DNA of 64,000 nt from the NCBI RefSeq assembly GCF_009914755.1, contig NC_060925.1, one strand, 5' to 3'. The notes under the pieces were generated by a model that saw nothing but the letters and a program-made list of their open reading frames with translations, did not search any database and had not been told where the DNA came from. Positions 32,154 through 53,351 of this stretch are shown piece by piece; position 1 is the first letter of the stretch, and every line of letters starts with the position of its first letter. Source of the DNA: the human T2T-CHM13v2.0 reference genome, Homo sapiens. Made by a program: the position numbers and the translations under genes.

Positions 32154-35100
32154 GGAATGTTGGGAATTCAGATTATATTTCGTTTTGGCCTAGGTTAGAG
32201 ACCTGCTCTGGACATTTCTCAGGAGTCAAATAAAATAGAGGCTAATGAAAACAGCAAATTCATCTCCTAACAAAGGCTAACACACCTCAGTAGCAAAGGA
32301 CAGGGTCTCACTAATGGAATAAAAATTATGACATGACCAAATACTCTGTTCTCAGCCATTCCTTCTCATAGATGCAGTGATCTCTTAAAGTCCACCGCAA
32401 GTGTTCCTTCCTATGTCCTTTTTTTAAAAATAAAATTATTTCTCTGGGAGACAGGAAAGAATCATATATGAGATAAATTCACACTCAAGTGCTTAGTGAC
32501 TAATCTTTCTTTCTAAGAAGAAAGGCAGTCAACACATTTTTGGTGTGTGAAGATGATGTGGCTGAAAGCAGAATGGAAATCTGGAAAGGAAATGAAAGAA
32601 CACTCTGTCTTTTTCACTTTCTGCTTAGGTCAAGTCCTAGACACAGTACTTGGAAAAAGAAGAGAAAAGGAGATTCTGGTGTTGTTTTTTTCTTGAGTAG
32701 TCTGGAAACTTGCAATGGGTCAAATTTGCAGTCATGTTCTTGATTTGAAAGATATCTACCTGAAGATAATCGTAGTTTTAAACATTTTATTTTAAATGTT
32801 TTAATTTAAATGTTATTTTAATGTTAAAGCATTGGCATCAAGGTTTTTTCTAAATCCTTTGCTTTTACAATTTTAGTGGTACTATACATGAAAGAAACAC
32901 TTTGAAAACTTAGGAGATTTCGTCCTTTCATACTTGCGAATTTGACTTTTGAACTATCATTAAGTCTGAAGTCCAAATTATGGAGTTGACTAAGACTGAT
33001 ACTAGATAAAAAAGTGTGCAAAACCATGGGATTAAAAAACCTAGTGAGTTTTTCTGTGTCATTGACGTTCCTGCTTAACTGAGTATTGGAGAGTATTACA
33101 TAATTAAACATAGGATGTACCACAGATCTTAAAAGTCAATAACAAGATTCCAAGCACTGTCCATAGTTGGTAAAACACAAAGTTCCACTTTAAAACAACA
33201 TTTTTCAAAGCCTCTCAGAAATTAGTCTGCTCTCAGGAAGTCCTGCCGAGGGCCGTCACAATGAGACAAGCTTATGGAGCTGGCAGCCATCTTGTGCAGT
33301 GAGAGACGAAGTGTCTGGCTCTGAGCCAAGGAAAGCCAAAGTGATCAATATTACATCCTGAAAGCACCAATGGATCCTTTGTCCCAGAACTAGCGCTTCT
33401 GGGAGACGTGCCAGAAGATTCACATGTGCACATATGTGCACACACAGTAACATGATGATTCAGGAAATTCAGTCATATGGGAAGATCAAAAGCACAGCAG
33501 GATATTCCTGTGACTCTGGCATTGGTCAGCAATACTTCAACCTCCACATCCAAATATGAAGGCAGCTTAAAGAGCCTGCAGATGGAAGACAAACAGAAAC
33601 TTGAAAAAATGTACTAAGACGGCTTATTTTTCTCCTGTTGTCCTTACACCTACCGTGAATACTCTGGTGCCTTGCCAGTCACTCCTGCACCACTTTGAAG
33701 TTTGAGTCTGTCCCTGAATCCTACAGAGTGGATGCCAGCCTGGCCTGATCTCACCTCTTTAAGCCTTCTGCCTCCAGCATGCTCACAAGTGTTTGGAACA
33801 TGTATTGGGGATAGAGGGGAATATGATCCCAGACCCAGGTCCAGAGGGCTACTAGAACATGTCATGTGTCTGGCATTGAACAAGATCACATTGCCAATTT
33901 AAAACCATCGAAGTGATCTCAGTTTTCTTGGGAAAGAAAAAAGAAAGACCATGTGCCTGATGAAAGAACAATGAAAATATAACTTACACACATAAATATC
34001 ATCTGCCTGAAAATCCAGGCCATATTTGGGATCAGAAAAATATATTTTAAGTGGATAGTATTAACAGAAGGGCTTAATCAGGCACTCTTGCTACTGTTGT
34101 CTTTATGGATAAATTTTAAGGACAGGTGGAGTCAGGCAGGAAGTAAATATTCAATTTAGAACATTTTCCTACATTTAATATCTGCCTCTCTCATCATGTT
34201 TGCAATTTTTACAGTCTTTGTTATGAATAGCTTCTCATCACATTTCTAAAAGGGAGATCATCATAATTACAACCTTATGTTATGGCAGAGCAGAAAGAAG
34301 TGACTTGGCAAAGGTCATGTGGCAATACAATGTCCTAGACAGGAAGGGAACTGATATATCTGGAAACTATTGTGAGTTGTGCATTCCAGTGTGCATGGCA
34401 GAAAGCAAGGCTCAAGTTGCTGCAGCCAAAGCTTAGAGCTTTTTCTGAAGCATGAGTGCTTGGTATAGGTATCACCAAAAAGAAAAAGAAATTAAACTTT
34501 AGTAGTATTAACTTGAGCAAAATCCCACTGGAGAAATTTCCAAATTACTGTTACTATTATGGGTATTAGGAGTAAGACAGAGAAAGGATAAACTGCCCTT
34601 TAATAATAGAATATTTGATTTGGCATTTAAATGGTTACAAAATCTACTCTTTGGCAACAATTTACCCTGTGCAAAAGTGTTATATTAATTCAGGTAAGGA
34701 TGGTACCTCCTTCATGAGACTCTCCAGGGGTTCTCTGTGTTCTTGTATGGTCCACGTGGCTATATAATCAGCCAACACATATCCTAGGATGCTGCTTTGC
34801 AGTAGGAATTAGATGCTTAAATAATTTTAGAAATGAAATATCATGAAGTCTATAATTTCTACACAATGAATGAGTCATTTGCAGATCCTTATAGTTATTC
34901 TTTTCCCACCAAAAAGTTCAAGAATAAAAATCCCCTATCTCCCACCATAACATCAACAAGAATAAGATTGAAAACTCAGAAGAGAGAAACAAAGAGATTC
35001 ATAGTTAGTATTTTTTCAGAAAATACATGTTTCCCAGTAAGCAAATCTCCTTATAAATATAATTGATTAAAAATGAAAAAAAAAACTCTGAATTTACTGT

Positions 35101-35339
35101 ATGAACTTTGGAATATTTAAAATGGAGAAACCAAGAATTTTCTGTAATCAGTATTAAAATTCTGACATATAGAAGTAAAAATTTAAATAACAAGGTATAG
35201 GACAAGACTTTTATTTGATACAGGAAAGGTCTTACTGGAGGAGAATATGACCCAAACTGGATAAGGACAGACACATCTTCCTTGGCCAGATCTGACAAGT
35301 GGCTTTTCCCAGTTGTCTCACAAAAAAGAATTACATATT

Positions 35340-36420
<1,081 letters not shown>

Positions 36421-36859
36421 CATCTCACCTCAATTCCTTAAATCAGCCTCATCCACTATACATAGTTGATGCCAAAAAGGAAATATTACAGCAACTTCAC
36501 TGTGCTTTTCTATCAACCTCATTCTTGTTCAACTTCAGTTATACCTTGCTTCTAGCCCTTGGCTCTGTTTTTCTTTGGCCTCAAATCCAATCTTTTGTAT
36601 GACATTTGAACTTGCATATCCAAGTGTTTATATTCTGTGCTTCCTGAAAATGTTGTTCAGCACTCAACCTTTGTCATCTCATCTTTTTCCTTCTTGTGTA
36701 GATTCTCTGGATCTTATATAATTTATATCCCATGCTTTCATGATTGTGATAAGCTAGATCCTTTGGTCTAGCATTGAAATTTCTCTTAAATGCTAAATCT
36801 TTAATAAATGAATTTGTTTTCTTCAGACATATATTTCTATCATAGATCATCTTATTAAT

Positions 36860-36990
36860 GTATTTTATGACTTCTTTATTATCTGTTTCCCTCCATTCCA
36901 TCCTCCTACAAGAATGTAAACTTTATGAGAGCAAGAACTTTGTCTTTTCACCACAGTATTTTCAATAATTTTTGAATGCAAAAATGAATC
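36860..36990 (+). mobile_element. L2 3' end fragment
   Basis: AGAATGTAAACTTTATGAGAGCAAGAACTTTGTC...TTTTTGAATG. Confidence 0.65.
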
Positions 36991-37145
36991 CAGATAATGT
37001 TCTTTGCATGATTTCTTATTTTTGGAAACCCAGCACAAGTCTTTCTAACTAAGGTTCTATACCGTTCTCACATCATAATATGTAGCTAGTCAATCTTCAT
37101 TAATTATTTTTGTTGTAATTTCGTTATCAGAGCACCTTTGATAAG

Positions 37146-37630
37146 TATGGCAGTTTTAAAACATGACTGTAAATTATTTGTCATTTCTCCCATAAAGAGG
37201 TCCGATTTGTGTACTCATTCTTGATTTGGGTGAGTTTGTGGTGCCACAGGATTTTTGAGACTGAGTCATAAAAAGTCATGCAATTTGCACCGTGTTTGCT
37301 GGAACACTTGCTCATGGAATCCTGAGTCATGATGTGATAAGTCCAACAGCATATCCTGAGGCCACCATACTGTGAGGAAACCCAAGCCATATGGAGAGGT
37401 CACATGGCAACATGCAGATCACATAGTCACATGTAGGAGTTCTAGGTGACAGTCCCTGCTTAGCCCAGGCTCTGATTTATTCCTGACCAGTTCCCAGACA
37501 TGGAAGAAGCCTCTAAATGATTCTGTCTCTCAATTGTTCAAGTCACTCCCAGTCATTTAAGTCTCTTTAGCTGAGTCCACATATACTATGAAGCAAAGAC
37601 AGAACATGTCCACTGTGCTCTGCCTGAATG
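37146..37630 (+). mobile_element. MLT1G/H-like MaLR LTR
   Basis: CTGAGGCCACCATACTGTGAGGAAACCCAAGCCATATGGAGAGG and the flanking MLT1 motifs. Confidence 0.8.
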
Positions 37631-38139
37631 CTAAATGCTACCCTATACAAAAAGGATGCCAAATTAATTTTGAGGCCAAAATTCTATTATGGTAGAGTGA
37701 AAAGACCAGATAAACCACGTTTTAAATTAAAATGTATAACCAAGCTGACAATAATTTGGATTTGTTGCAAACTAAAACTCCACCTTAATAGATCAACTAT
37801 CCAAAGAAAAAAATCTTGTTTTCTATACTTTTTGGCTATTATCACAACTCAAAGTGATAGAAGAAAAATAAAAAATTGAAGACTCCAGCAAATATGTTTC
37901 TAAGATATCTGATTTGAACAAATCATCCTGGAAGAATACTTTATAAATTTAACCATCATTACAATACCCTCAAGCCCAAAAGCAGTCTAGAGCTTGGGTA
38001 ATGTTGGCCCAAGAGTTCATTATAATGATGGAATCTATTGCGTCAATACCAAAATCCCCAGCAAAGACTCTTAATATATAAATGGATGAAGGTCAGTACA
38101 AATGAACCCATATTCAGGACACTGTCAGCTCATGCTTTA

Positions 38140-39120
38140 CATATCACTCAGGGGCATTTTATTCTACTCATTACTGTCTTCTTAAAGCTCTCCTCTCCTT
38201 GGGAATCTGTGACACTATTCTAGTGGTTTTCCTGCTCCCTATCCAGGTTTTTCTTCTAAGTCTTCTGTGGACACCTGTTCCTAATGCTACTGCAAGCACT
38301 GTCTTCAGCTGTCGGTTCTTATCAAAGTCATTCACATGAGTGGCCTAATCTACCATATACATGCTGACGACCTTCACATGTCTACCTCCAATTCAGATTT
38401 CTCTTGAAGCTAAACACATAGTCTGCCCCCTTGGACATATTCCCTTAAAGATAGAATCTTCTTTCTCCCAAGGCTGGCTTGCTGCAGGTGTACTGGTCAA
38501 AGCCTAGGAGCCACCCTACCTCTGGCTATGTGTGTTGACTTCAGACCAGAGTGAATGTGCATGGAATCTAAGACACATTTCAGGGCCTGATCCTGGACTG
38601 GACATGGCTGTGGGTCCAGGAAAAGGCTGGGTCTCCAGTAAATTTTAGAGGATCAACAGGAATTTTGAAAGCTATCTACAAGGCTTCTTGTAGAAATGCC
38701 TAGCTTGATGGCCTATGGAAGCTTTAATGTTTTCAGAAATTGACTTTGTTCTTAGACTGCAGGCTATATGACAATTTTGTCTATTTTGCTTAACATTGTA
38801 TATCCAACACTTAACAGATTGCCTAATCTAGGATAGGCAGACAATATTGACTGAAGAGATGAATGTATGAATCAATGAGTGAATGAGATATTCTCAGAAC
38901 TGTTTTCCTCCCAATATTCCCTGTTTTTGGAACAGTGACATCATCTCTTTCCATTTTCCCAAGCCAAGAACCTCAAAGTCATCCTAGATCTTCCTCTCCT
39001 AGCCCTCACACGACTGTTTGATCATCAATTCTGTCAATTCTACTTTCTGACTATCTGCCCCTCCTCCCCATCCCCATGACCATTGCCTGAGTTTATCACC
39101 AACCTCTTCATCTTTTACAT
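38140..39120 (+). mobile_element. L2 fragments
   Basis: L2 body motifs (CCAAGCCAAGAACCTCAAAGTCATCCTAGA) and a tail ending GAATGTATGAATCAATGAGTGAATGA. Confidence 0.65.
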
Positions 39121-39167
39121 GGCTATCAGAAAGGTAATTCTAAACACAAGTGCCACTACGTCACATC

Positions 39168-39335
39168 CTACCCAGCTCTGCCACTGAGCTGAATGACTTT
39201 GGACAAGTTACTTAACCATGCTGAGTCTTGCAGCAGATTGTGAGGCTTAAACAAATTAATAAAGGTAAGCTATTTAGAACAGAGCCTGGAATAAGGTAAC
39301 AGTCAATAAATGTTACCTAGTGCTTTTGTTATTAT
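39168..39335 (+). mobile_element. MIR SINE (part of the core deleted)
   Basis: CCCAGCTCTGCCACT...TGACTTTGGACAAGTTACTTAACC...TTAGAACAGAGCCTGG...TCAATAAATGTTA. Confidence 0.85.
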
Positions 39336-39344
39336 AATCCACTA

Positions 39345-39734
<390 letters not shown>

Positions 39735-39814
39735 TTACCTGACTTCCACTGGTCCAGCCTCATTCCCCACTCTTTTTCTCTAAATGTGGGTGATACCGAA
39801 TCACTTTGCATTTT

Positions 39815-40082
39815 CTTTTCTTTTTTTTTTTTTGACTCTGTCCGCCAGGCTGGAGTGCAGTGGCATGATCTTGGGTCACTGTAGCCTCGGACTCACAAGT
39901 TCAGGAGACCCTCCCACCTCAGCCTCCTGAATAGTTGGGACTACAGGCCTGTGCCACCACACCTGGCTTTTTTTTTGGGTAGAGACAGGGTTGCACCATG
40001 TTGCTCAGGCTGGTCTGTAAGTGATCTATCTGCCTCGGTCTCCCAAATTACTGGGATTACAGGTATGACACCACCCCTGGCC
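39815..40082 (-). mobile_element. AluJ with small internal deletions
   Basis: AluJ-type arms; TSD CACTTTGCATTTT at 39802-39814 and 40082-40094. Confidence 0.9.
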
Positions 40083-40663
40083 ACTTTGCATTTTTGATAC
40101 ATGTCATGCTTCTTTATACCTTTGCATACACAGTTATCATCCCTTTGTAAACTCCTCTCACATTTAAATTTCAGTTTTAATGCTGTGTCCTCTAATGAAC
40201 TTTGCCTGACATCTTTAAAGTCAGATGCTTCCCTGAAAGTGACACTTAACTTGTGTATATGACACTCATGTATTTCAGCTCACTGTATTAGTAAATTTTC
40301 AAGCAGCATTTCTCTAGCTTTATTAAATTGTATACTTCTTTTGGGGAGAAATAATTCTTTTTAACTTTGTTCCTTTTTTCTATTAATAGTAATAGAGTCT
40401 AACATTTAGCATACATTCAATAATTGTTTGTTGAACAAATAAAGCACCCTATTATTAAACCATTAGAAATGACATATTATTGATAGGAAAATAATGTATT
40501 GAGTAAATAAAAAAATCCTTTAGAATTTATGATTCTCTTCTGAGAAAAACTTTAGTTCTGTATATTTAATGATTTAAGTAGGTAAGCTCATCTTTTGAAG
40601 ACGATCCATAGTTAATGGTATTTTACTGTCATATGTTTCTTCTCTAACACTCTGCCTTTCTTT

Positions 40664-40959
40664 TTCTTTTTTTTTTGATGGAGTTTCACTCTTGTTGCCC
40701 AGGTTGGAGTGTGCAATGGCGTGATCTTGGCTCACTGCAACCTCTGCCTCCCGGGTTCAAGCGATTCTCCTGCCTTAGCCTCCTGAGTAGCTAGGATTAC
40801 AGGTGCCCGCCACCATGCTCGGCTAATTTTTTTGTATCTTTAGTAGAAACGGGGTTTCACTATATTGGCCAGGCTGGTCTCGAACTCCTGACCTCGTGAT
40901 CCACCCACCTTGGCCTCCCAAAGTGCTGGTATTACAGGCGTGAGCCATTGCACCCGGCC
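40664..40959 (-). mobile_element. AluS (Sq/Sg-like)
   Basis: Full dimer; TSD CTGCCTTTCTTT at 40652-40663 and 40960-40971. Confidence 0.95.
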
Positions 40960-41218
40960 CTGCCTTTCTTTATGTAGATCCAAGTATCTATCATGTCATG
41001 TTTCTTCCTTCTGAAAAAATTCTTTTAACATTTCCTGCAAGGCAGATCTGCTAGTGACAAATTCCTCAGTTTTTGCTTGTTGGAGAAAATCTTTCTCTTT
41101 TAGTTTAGAAGAATGAAGAATTCTAGACTGGTGGTTTTTTTCTTTTAATACATTAAATATTTCACCTTACTCTCTTCTTGTTTGCATGCGTTCTGAAAAT
41201 AAGCCCAATGTAGTTCTT

Positions 41219-45855
<4,637 letters not shown>

Positions 45856-47664
45856 CCAGTGTAATTCTTATTCTTACTTCTTTATAGGTAAGGTGTTTTT
45901 TCCTCTGATTTCTTTCAAGATGTTCCCTTTGTTTTTAACTTTCTGCAGTTTGAAAATTATATGCCTAGATGTAAATTTTGGTTTTTTATCCTACTTGTTC
46001 TCTGAGCTTTCTGTATCTGTGGTTTGGTGTCTATCATTAACTTTAGGAAATTCTCAGTTAGCATTGCTTCAAATATTTCTTCTGTTCTGTTTTCTCCTTA
46101 TTGTCCTTCTGGTATTCCTATTATGTGTACGTTATACATTTTGTAATTGTTCCACAATTCTTGGATATTCTGTTGTCTTTTCTTCTCTTTGTATTTCAGT
46201 TTTAGAAGTTTCTATTGACATTTCTTTAAGCTCACTGATTCTTTCTTCAGTTGTGTTCAGTTCATTGAAGTGCCCCTTAAAGGTATTCTTCATTCTTGCT
46301 ACAGTGTTTTTGATTTCTAATATTTCCTCTTGATTCTTTTAAAAAATTTTCTCCTTTCTGCCTACATCACTCATCTGTTCTCACGTTGTCCATTTTCTCC
46401 ACTAGAGCTCTCAGCATATTAATCATAGTTGTTTTAAATTCCCAATCTAATAATTCCAACATCCTTGCCATGTCTGACTCTGGATCTGATGCTTGCTCTA
46501 TCTCTTCAAAAAAAATTTTTTTTTGTCTTTCATTGTGCCTTACAATTTTATATTGGAAGCTAGACATGAAATACTGGGTAAGTGGAACAGAGGTAGATAG
46601 GGTCTTTTTTGTGAGGCTTTACGTTTATCTGACTAGGAGTTAGGCTGTAGCTGTAGGTGTCAGAGGTTAACATTTCCTCTTGTGTTTTTCTATTTGTGTT
46701 TCTGGTTGTCTCTGAGTTTCCTTAGAGATTTCTTCTTAAATAAAGTCTGACATATCCAGTTCTTTTAGTTGTATTCCCCAATTATTATACAAGAGCCCTA
46801 TTGGTGTGATGGTAAGGTGTGTGGCAAGAGTAAGTGTTCCACAGTCCTTTGATGCAGTCTTAGGCTTTTAGTTAGCCTGTGCTCCTGAGCTGTGAGCTTC
46901 ATGAGTGCTTCTCAATTTTTCCTCCTCTTTGGTGAGTAAGACTGGCTAGAGGTAGCTGAAGTAGAGTATTTCTCTCAGGTCAGTTAGGTTCTGATAAGAC
47001 CTCCAATTGATTAAACTCTGGTAAAATAGTTTTTCATGAGAGTAGGCCTGTTTGAGAAGAACAAAATAATCTGGGCAAATTTTAAATGGAAACTTTCCCC
47101 ATACCCTTCAGGAAACAGAAGGGTTTTTTTTTTTGTTTGTTTTCTTTTTTTTTTTTTTTTTGTTACCAGATATTCACTGTGAAAACCTGGTAGGGCTTCT
47201 AGATGTAAAACTCACAAAAGAATAGGGGCTCCCCTAAGATTAGGCCCCCTAGAGTTTTTAACTCTCAAATTTGTCCACACTGAGCTGCCAACAACTTGTC
47301 AATTACAGTTGAAATCTTCATATCTTGATACTGGTTCTTGCAGAAGATTTTTGCTTCTGGTCTGGTAATTGTGATTTTCTGTATTAACCTATTTCTCTAT
47401 TTTGAGTTTGCCCTGTGACCTCAGTTTTCTGAAGGATATAAGAAGAGTGTTTATTTTCAGTTTGTTCAGCTTTTTTTGTTGTTGCTTTGTTTTGAGGATG
47501 AGAATGACAATTTCCAAGTAGCTTACATACTGGAACAGAGACTAGAAGTCTAGTTTGTGATATAAAAATTTATAAATACATGCTATTGCATTTGGCTAAT
47601 TGCTCATCCCCTAAGAAAAGAGTGAGCATTCATTTGTCTATCTGTGCTTAGATGACATTGATTT

Positions 47665-47993
47665 TAGTTTCTTTATTTTTTTCTTTCTTTCTTTCTTTTT
47701 TATTTTTTGAGACGTGGTATGGCTCTTTCACCCAGGCTGGAGTACAGTAGTATTCTCATGGCTCACTGCAACCTCAAACTTCTGGGCTCAAGTAATCCTC
47801 TTGCCTCAGCCTCTTGAGTAATTGGAACTACATGCATGTGCCACCATGCTCAGCTAATTTGTTTTTATTTTGATTGTAGAGATGGGGTTTTGCTGTGTTG
47901 CCCAGGCTGGTCTCAAACTCCTGGCCTTAAGAGATCCTCCTATTTCAGCCTCCCAAAGTGTGGGGATTACAGGAATTAGCCATGCCATCTGCC
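47665..47993 (-). mobile_element. AluJ
   Basis: Diverged dimer; TSD TAGATGACA(T/C)TG at 47649 and 47994. Confidence 0.92.
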
Positions 47994-48268
47994 TAGATGA
48001 CACTGTTTCTGAGAAGTGAATAATAATATTCTGATGTTTTCTATAATTTTGTGCTTAATTTCAATTTCACTATGTCAGATGAGTATTGGCTTTTAGCAAT
48101 ACTGCTTATATTCAGTGTAATGTGAGAACTGTTAAGTAGTCAGTAGCTGCTTAACAATCTAAAAAGAATTCTCATTCTGGTAAGCCAAATGCCATCAGAT
48201 AACTTTTTCTGGTAGATGATAATGCCACTCTGAAATGTCTACTTTTTGTGGAAAAAAAGTATGAAAGA

Positions 48269-48628
<360 letters not shown>

Positions 48629-50257
48629 TTATTTTTGATTTGGCACATCTTACATGCGTGACTACAATGTAGACTAAGGCATGCAGGCCCTGGGAAGGCA
48701 ACTGCAACTTCCAATTTACTTTTTCTCTTTTTACCACAAAATCTACTGCTTTGATAGAATGGAGAGTCTTTCATTGAGTCATCCTTTACTAATGCTATTA
48801 ATGAGATGTCAGTGATGTACAAGCAGCATATGGACTCTAGAAAGCAGACTCTCAATGAAGCATTGGGAAATTCCAGAGGCATTATATTCTAAACTGAAGA
48901 GGTTTAAGTCATATTGTTTTCAGAAGATGAAAATAGCTATGGATAAATTTTAATTGGGTAAAGTTTCACTGAGTCTTTTCCCCAGCAAAACAATAAAAAA
49001 GCCATTGGCTAACTCTGGTGGTCTCCCTTTATGCTATTAGCCATATTAGTCTTGCTTGTTACTGACTGTGTGTAAAGATGTAACTGGTTTGAGAACACTT
49101 GTACCTTAATTGTGCTCCTGGAAACATATTTTGTGATATTAACATACCCTTTTTCTATTTTCCACCTTCCCTTCTCCACATTGAAGGTTGCTAGTCCTCC
49201 TGTCATTACTCAGGAATGATGATACAGGGCAAGGAAGGAAGCAAACACAGACCAAAGTCATTCTGTCCATTGTTTCTAAAAGCCCAAGCTTCAGAGGAAA
49301 TGATTGGTTGTGGAGTATGCTGAGGAGGCAAAAAGAAGGAAATTCTATAGCATGAACAAATGGAAAATTATTTCCATTAGGGTGAAAATCACCCTGCCCC
49401 TTTTGAGCTAGTGGGTTGAAAGAAAAGAAAGAGATTTGTGAGCTGTTAGAGTAGAAGAGATCAACATCCTGCTTCTCAGGGCACCACAGGAAATGTTCTG
49501 AGACCTCCAAGAGGACCTGGCTGAGCAGTTCTTAGGCAGAAGAACACACAAGCAATCTCATCAAGAAAGGGTCTGTGCTGGAAACATTCCAGAAGTAGTA
49601 GGAATCTGTTGGTCCTGAAAGGGTCATGTGGGCAGAAGACATTTCCATGGCTATCAATGTGGCAGAAAGACTGAAGACAAGGTGCCTCACCCCTAGTCTT
49701 CACCCTGTATAAAATCTAAAATCTGTACTATAACCCAGAATGGAGAAGTCCAAGAAATATTAACGTTTATGTTTTTTGTCTCATGTGTTGCAGTCTTAAA
49801 ATAGGAATTAAATTGATTTGACAGGGAGGTTGCAACATTTCTTTCTGACCTGAATTTGTAGAATGGCAACACTTTTATTAGATTCTTATGCTCTTTTTAA
49901 AAAATTTATTTTCCCCCTTAAAGAGTGCAAACTTAGCATTCAAGTTGTTTTGAAGAATTGTTTCTCTAGCTCTCTTTTAATAGAATTCACCATCTTCAGA
50001 AACTTAATAGACATGGAACATGGAAGTCTTTAGCAAAATAGACTTTATTGCTGCAAAAACTACTTGGGATTAAACCCAATCTAAATTACTTCAATATAAA
50101 ACGAAAGGAAAGAAAAACCAAAATGAGAATAAATAAGGAGTTCAGAAGGGTCAAAGATGGTAATATTAAATAATATTATAGTCCCCTGATTATGGACAGT
50201 GTCACAACTTGGCCTCGTTTTACACCATTGCTACCGCAGCTCTCCTCTTGTTCAAAT

Positions 50258-50582
50258 GTTTTTTCTTTTTTTTCCCTTTTTTTTTTTTTTGAGACAGAGT
50301 CTCTGTTGCCCAGGCTTGAGTGCAGTGGCACTATCTTGGCTCACTGCAACCAACCTCTGCCTCCCAGTTTCAAGCGATTCTCATGCCTCAGCCTCCCAAG
50401 TAGCTGGGACTACAGGAAAATGCCACCATGCCCAGCTATTTTTTTTTTTTTTTGGTATTTTTAGTAGAGACGAGGTTTCACCATGTTGCCCAGGCTGGTC
50501 TCAAACCCCTGAACTCAGGCAATCTGCCCGTCTTGGCTTCCCAGAGTGCTAGGATTATAGGTGTGAGCCATGGTGTCTGGCC
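50258..50582 (-). mobile_element. Alu (old S or Jb type)
   Basis: Full dimer with an expanded middle T tract. Confidence 0.93.
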
Positions 50583-50839
50583 TCTTGTTTCAGTTTTTGG
50601 TTGTTTTTTTTTTTTTCCTTCTTTAAAATCTCCTGACCCAAACATCATTATTGTTAGGGACATCACATAAAAAATTACTGCAATTATTGGCATTTCAGCT
50701 TAGGAATTATTCCAAGTTTCTGATCGCTCTGGGCTCTTTGAACCCCATCATGAATGGGTTCTCTTAAATCTCCAGTCTCCCTTGCTTTTGGATCTTGGCT
50801 TTCTCATCTGTTGGTTGCCCAACCTCAGACCATCCTTAT

Positions 50840-51243
50840 TGTTTTGGGTTGAATTGTATCTCACCCTCCCTCCTCAAAAGATATGTTGTAGTCTTATCCA
50901 GTGCCTCAGAATATGACATTCGTAAAGGCCTAAAGATGGAGTATTCATGGAGATAATGAAGGAAAAATCACTGGTACCCAATATGACTGGTGCCTTGCAA
51001 AAAGGAGACAGAAATACATAGAGGGAAGACGATGTGAAGAGACACAGAGAAAATACAGCCATCTATAAGCCAAGAAGAGAGGCCTGGAACAGATCCTTCC
51101 CTCACAATACTCAGAAGGAATGACTGCCGTGGACATATTGATTTCAGACTTCTGGTATTCATCGCTGTGAGACAATTAATGTCTGTTGTTTAAGCCACTC
51201 AGTTCCTGGTACTTTTTTATGGCAGCCCTAGCAAATGACTACA
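50840..51243 (+). mobile_element. MLT1B-like solo LTR
   Basis: TGTTTTGGGTTGAATTGT...GGCAGCCCTAGCAAATGACTACA; 5-bp flanks CTTAT and CTGAT. Confidence 0.88.
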
Positions 51244-51742
51244 CTGATCCTCACCTGACACTACCTTCTGTTAATTGTTCTTTGGCTTCAAGCACTGAAG
51301 CCAAAGGCAGGATGCCGCTACCCTATGGAAACACAGCAGAAAAACAACACACGCTCCTTACCCTTCACTTTTCAGGAGAAGTAAACTGGATAGCCACCCC
51401 GTGGGCTTCAGAAATATTTTTGCTATATAACTATATCTATTTAATAGTAATGATTAGGATTAGTCTCTTTCAAACACATAATTTACTATTGCATTAACTC
51501 ATAAACATTGTCAAGGGTATTGTTCACAGTATCACCCATATATCTAAATAAAATCCTACGTAAGAAACATCTTCTGAAATTCAGTGTTTCACAATTTGGT
51601 GATACCTATAAAACTTTCAAATGTAATGATAATCCATGACCGAGCAATTCTACATGGCTCTTAGGTAGGCAAAAGCTTGGAGTGTTTGTGGAATATGAAA
51701 AAGGCCAGCCTTAGTCTTTAGGTGCTTCAAGATATGGATCTT

Positions 51743-52060
51743 GGCCAGGCAGCGTAGCTCATGCCTGTAATTCAGCACTTTCGGAGGCCGAAGCGGGTGA
51801 ACTGCTTGAGCCTAGGAATTTGAGGACGGCCTGAACAACATGGCAAAACCCCATCTCTATCAAAAAATACAAAAATTAGCCAGGCGTGATGGCACCTGCC
51901 TGTAGTCCCAGCTACTGAGGGGGCCGGACACTGAGATGGGAGAATCACTTGAACTCAGGGTGGGGCAGAGGTTGAAGTGAGCCCTGGTTGCACCACTGCA
52001 CTCCAGCCTGGGTGATAGAGGAAGACGCTGTCTCAAAAAAAAATAATAATAAAATAAATT
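51743..52060 (+). mobile_element. AluJ
   Basis: GCTTGAGCCTAGGAATTTGAG J-type left arm, full dimer. Confidence 0.92.
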
Positions 52061-52151
52061 TTAAAAAGGATATTTCTGGAATAGTCTGTTCTTCATCTTA
52101 GCGAACAATCAAGGTTACAGCAAAGTGAAAAATATTCCTAAAACATAAAAT

Positions 52152-52515
<364 letters not shown>

Positions 52516-52837
52516 TTAATGTAGACCTCATCTATACCATATATGTGTGACCCTTCACGTTATGGGTCCTCAAATATGAGATTAAGGCTAATGATGCTGA
52601 TATGATCAAGTTAATAGGGCAGAGGCAAACATCAGGTATGTCTTTTCAAAGAGTTCTACAGCATAGCTGAGATAGCCCTCACCCCATATATATGGCCATG
52701 ATGATGGGCTGTTTGTGAATTATTTTTTGTGTTGTCATTTTTTCAACTGACAGGTAAAGATTGTATACATTTATGATGTACAGCATGATGTTTTAATATA
52801 TGTATAACTTGTGAGATGGCTAAATTGAACTATTTAA

Positions 52838-53151
<314 letters not shown>

Positions 53152-53351
53152 TACATACCATTTTTTATGAGAACCTGTAAAATCTCTCCTAGAAATTTTT
53201 AAGTATAAAATATATTGTTCTTAACTGTAGTCACCATGATATACAGTAGATCTCTTAAAGTTATCCCTGTTGTTTAACTGAAATTTTGTGTTATTTGACC
53301 AATATCTCCCCCAATAAGCATCATTTTACTCTCTGTTTCTAGGAGTTAGAC

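Noticed and set aside
33255-33400. Possible ancient LTR fragment (GGCAGCCATCTTG motif)
   Set aside because: Too short and diverged to assign without a profile search.
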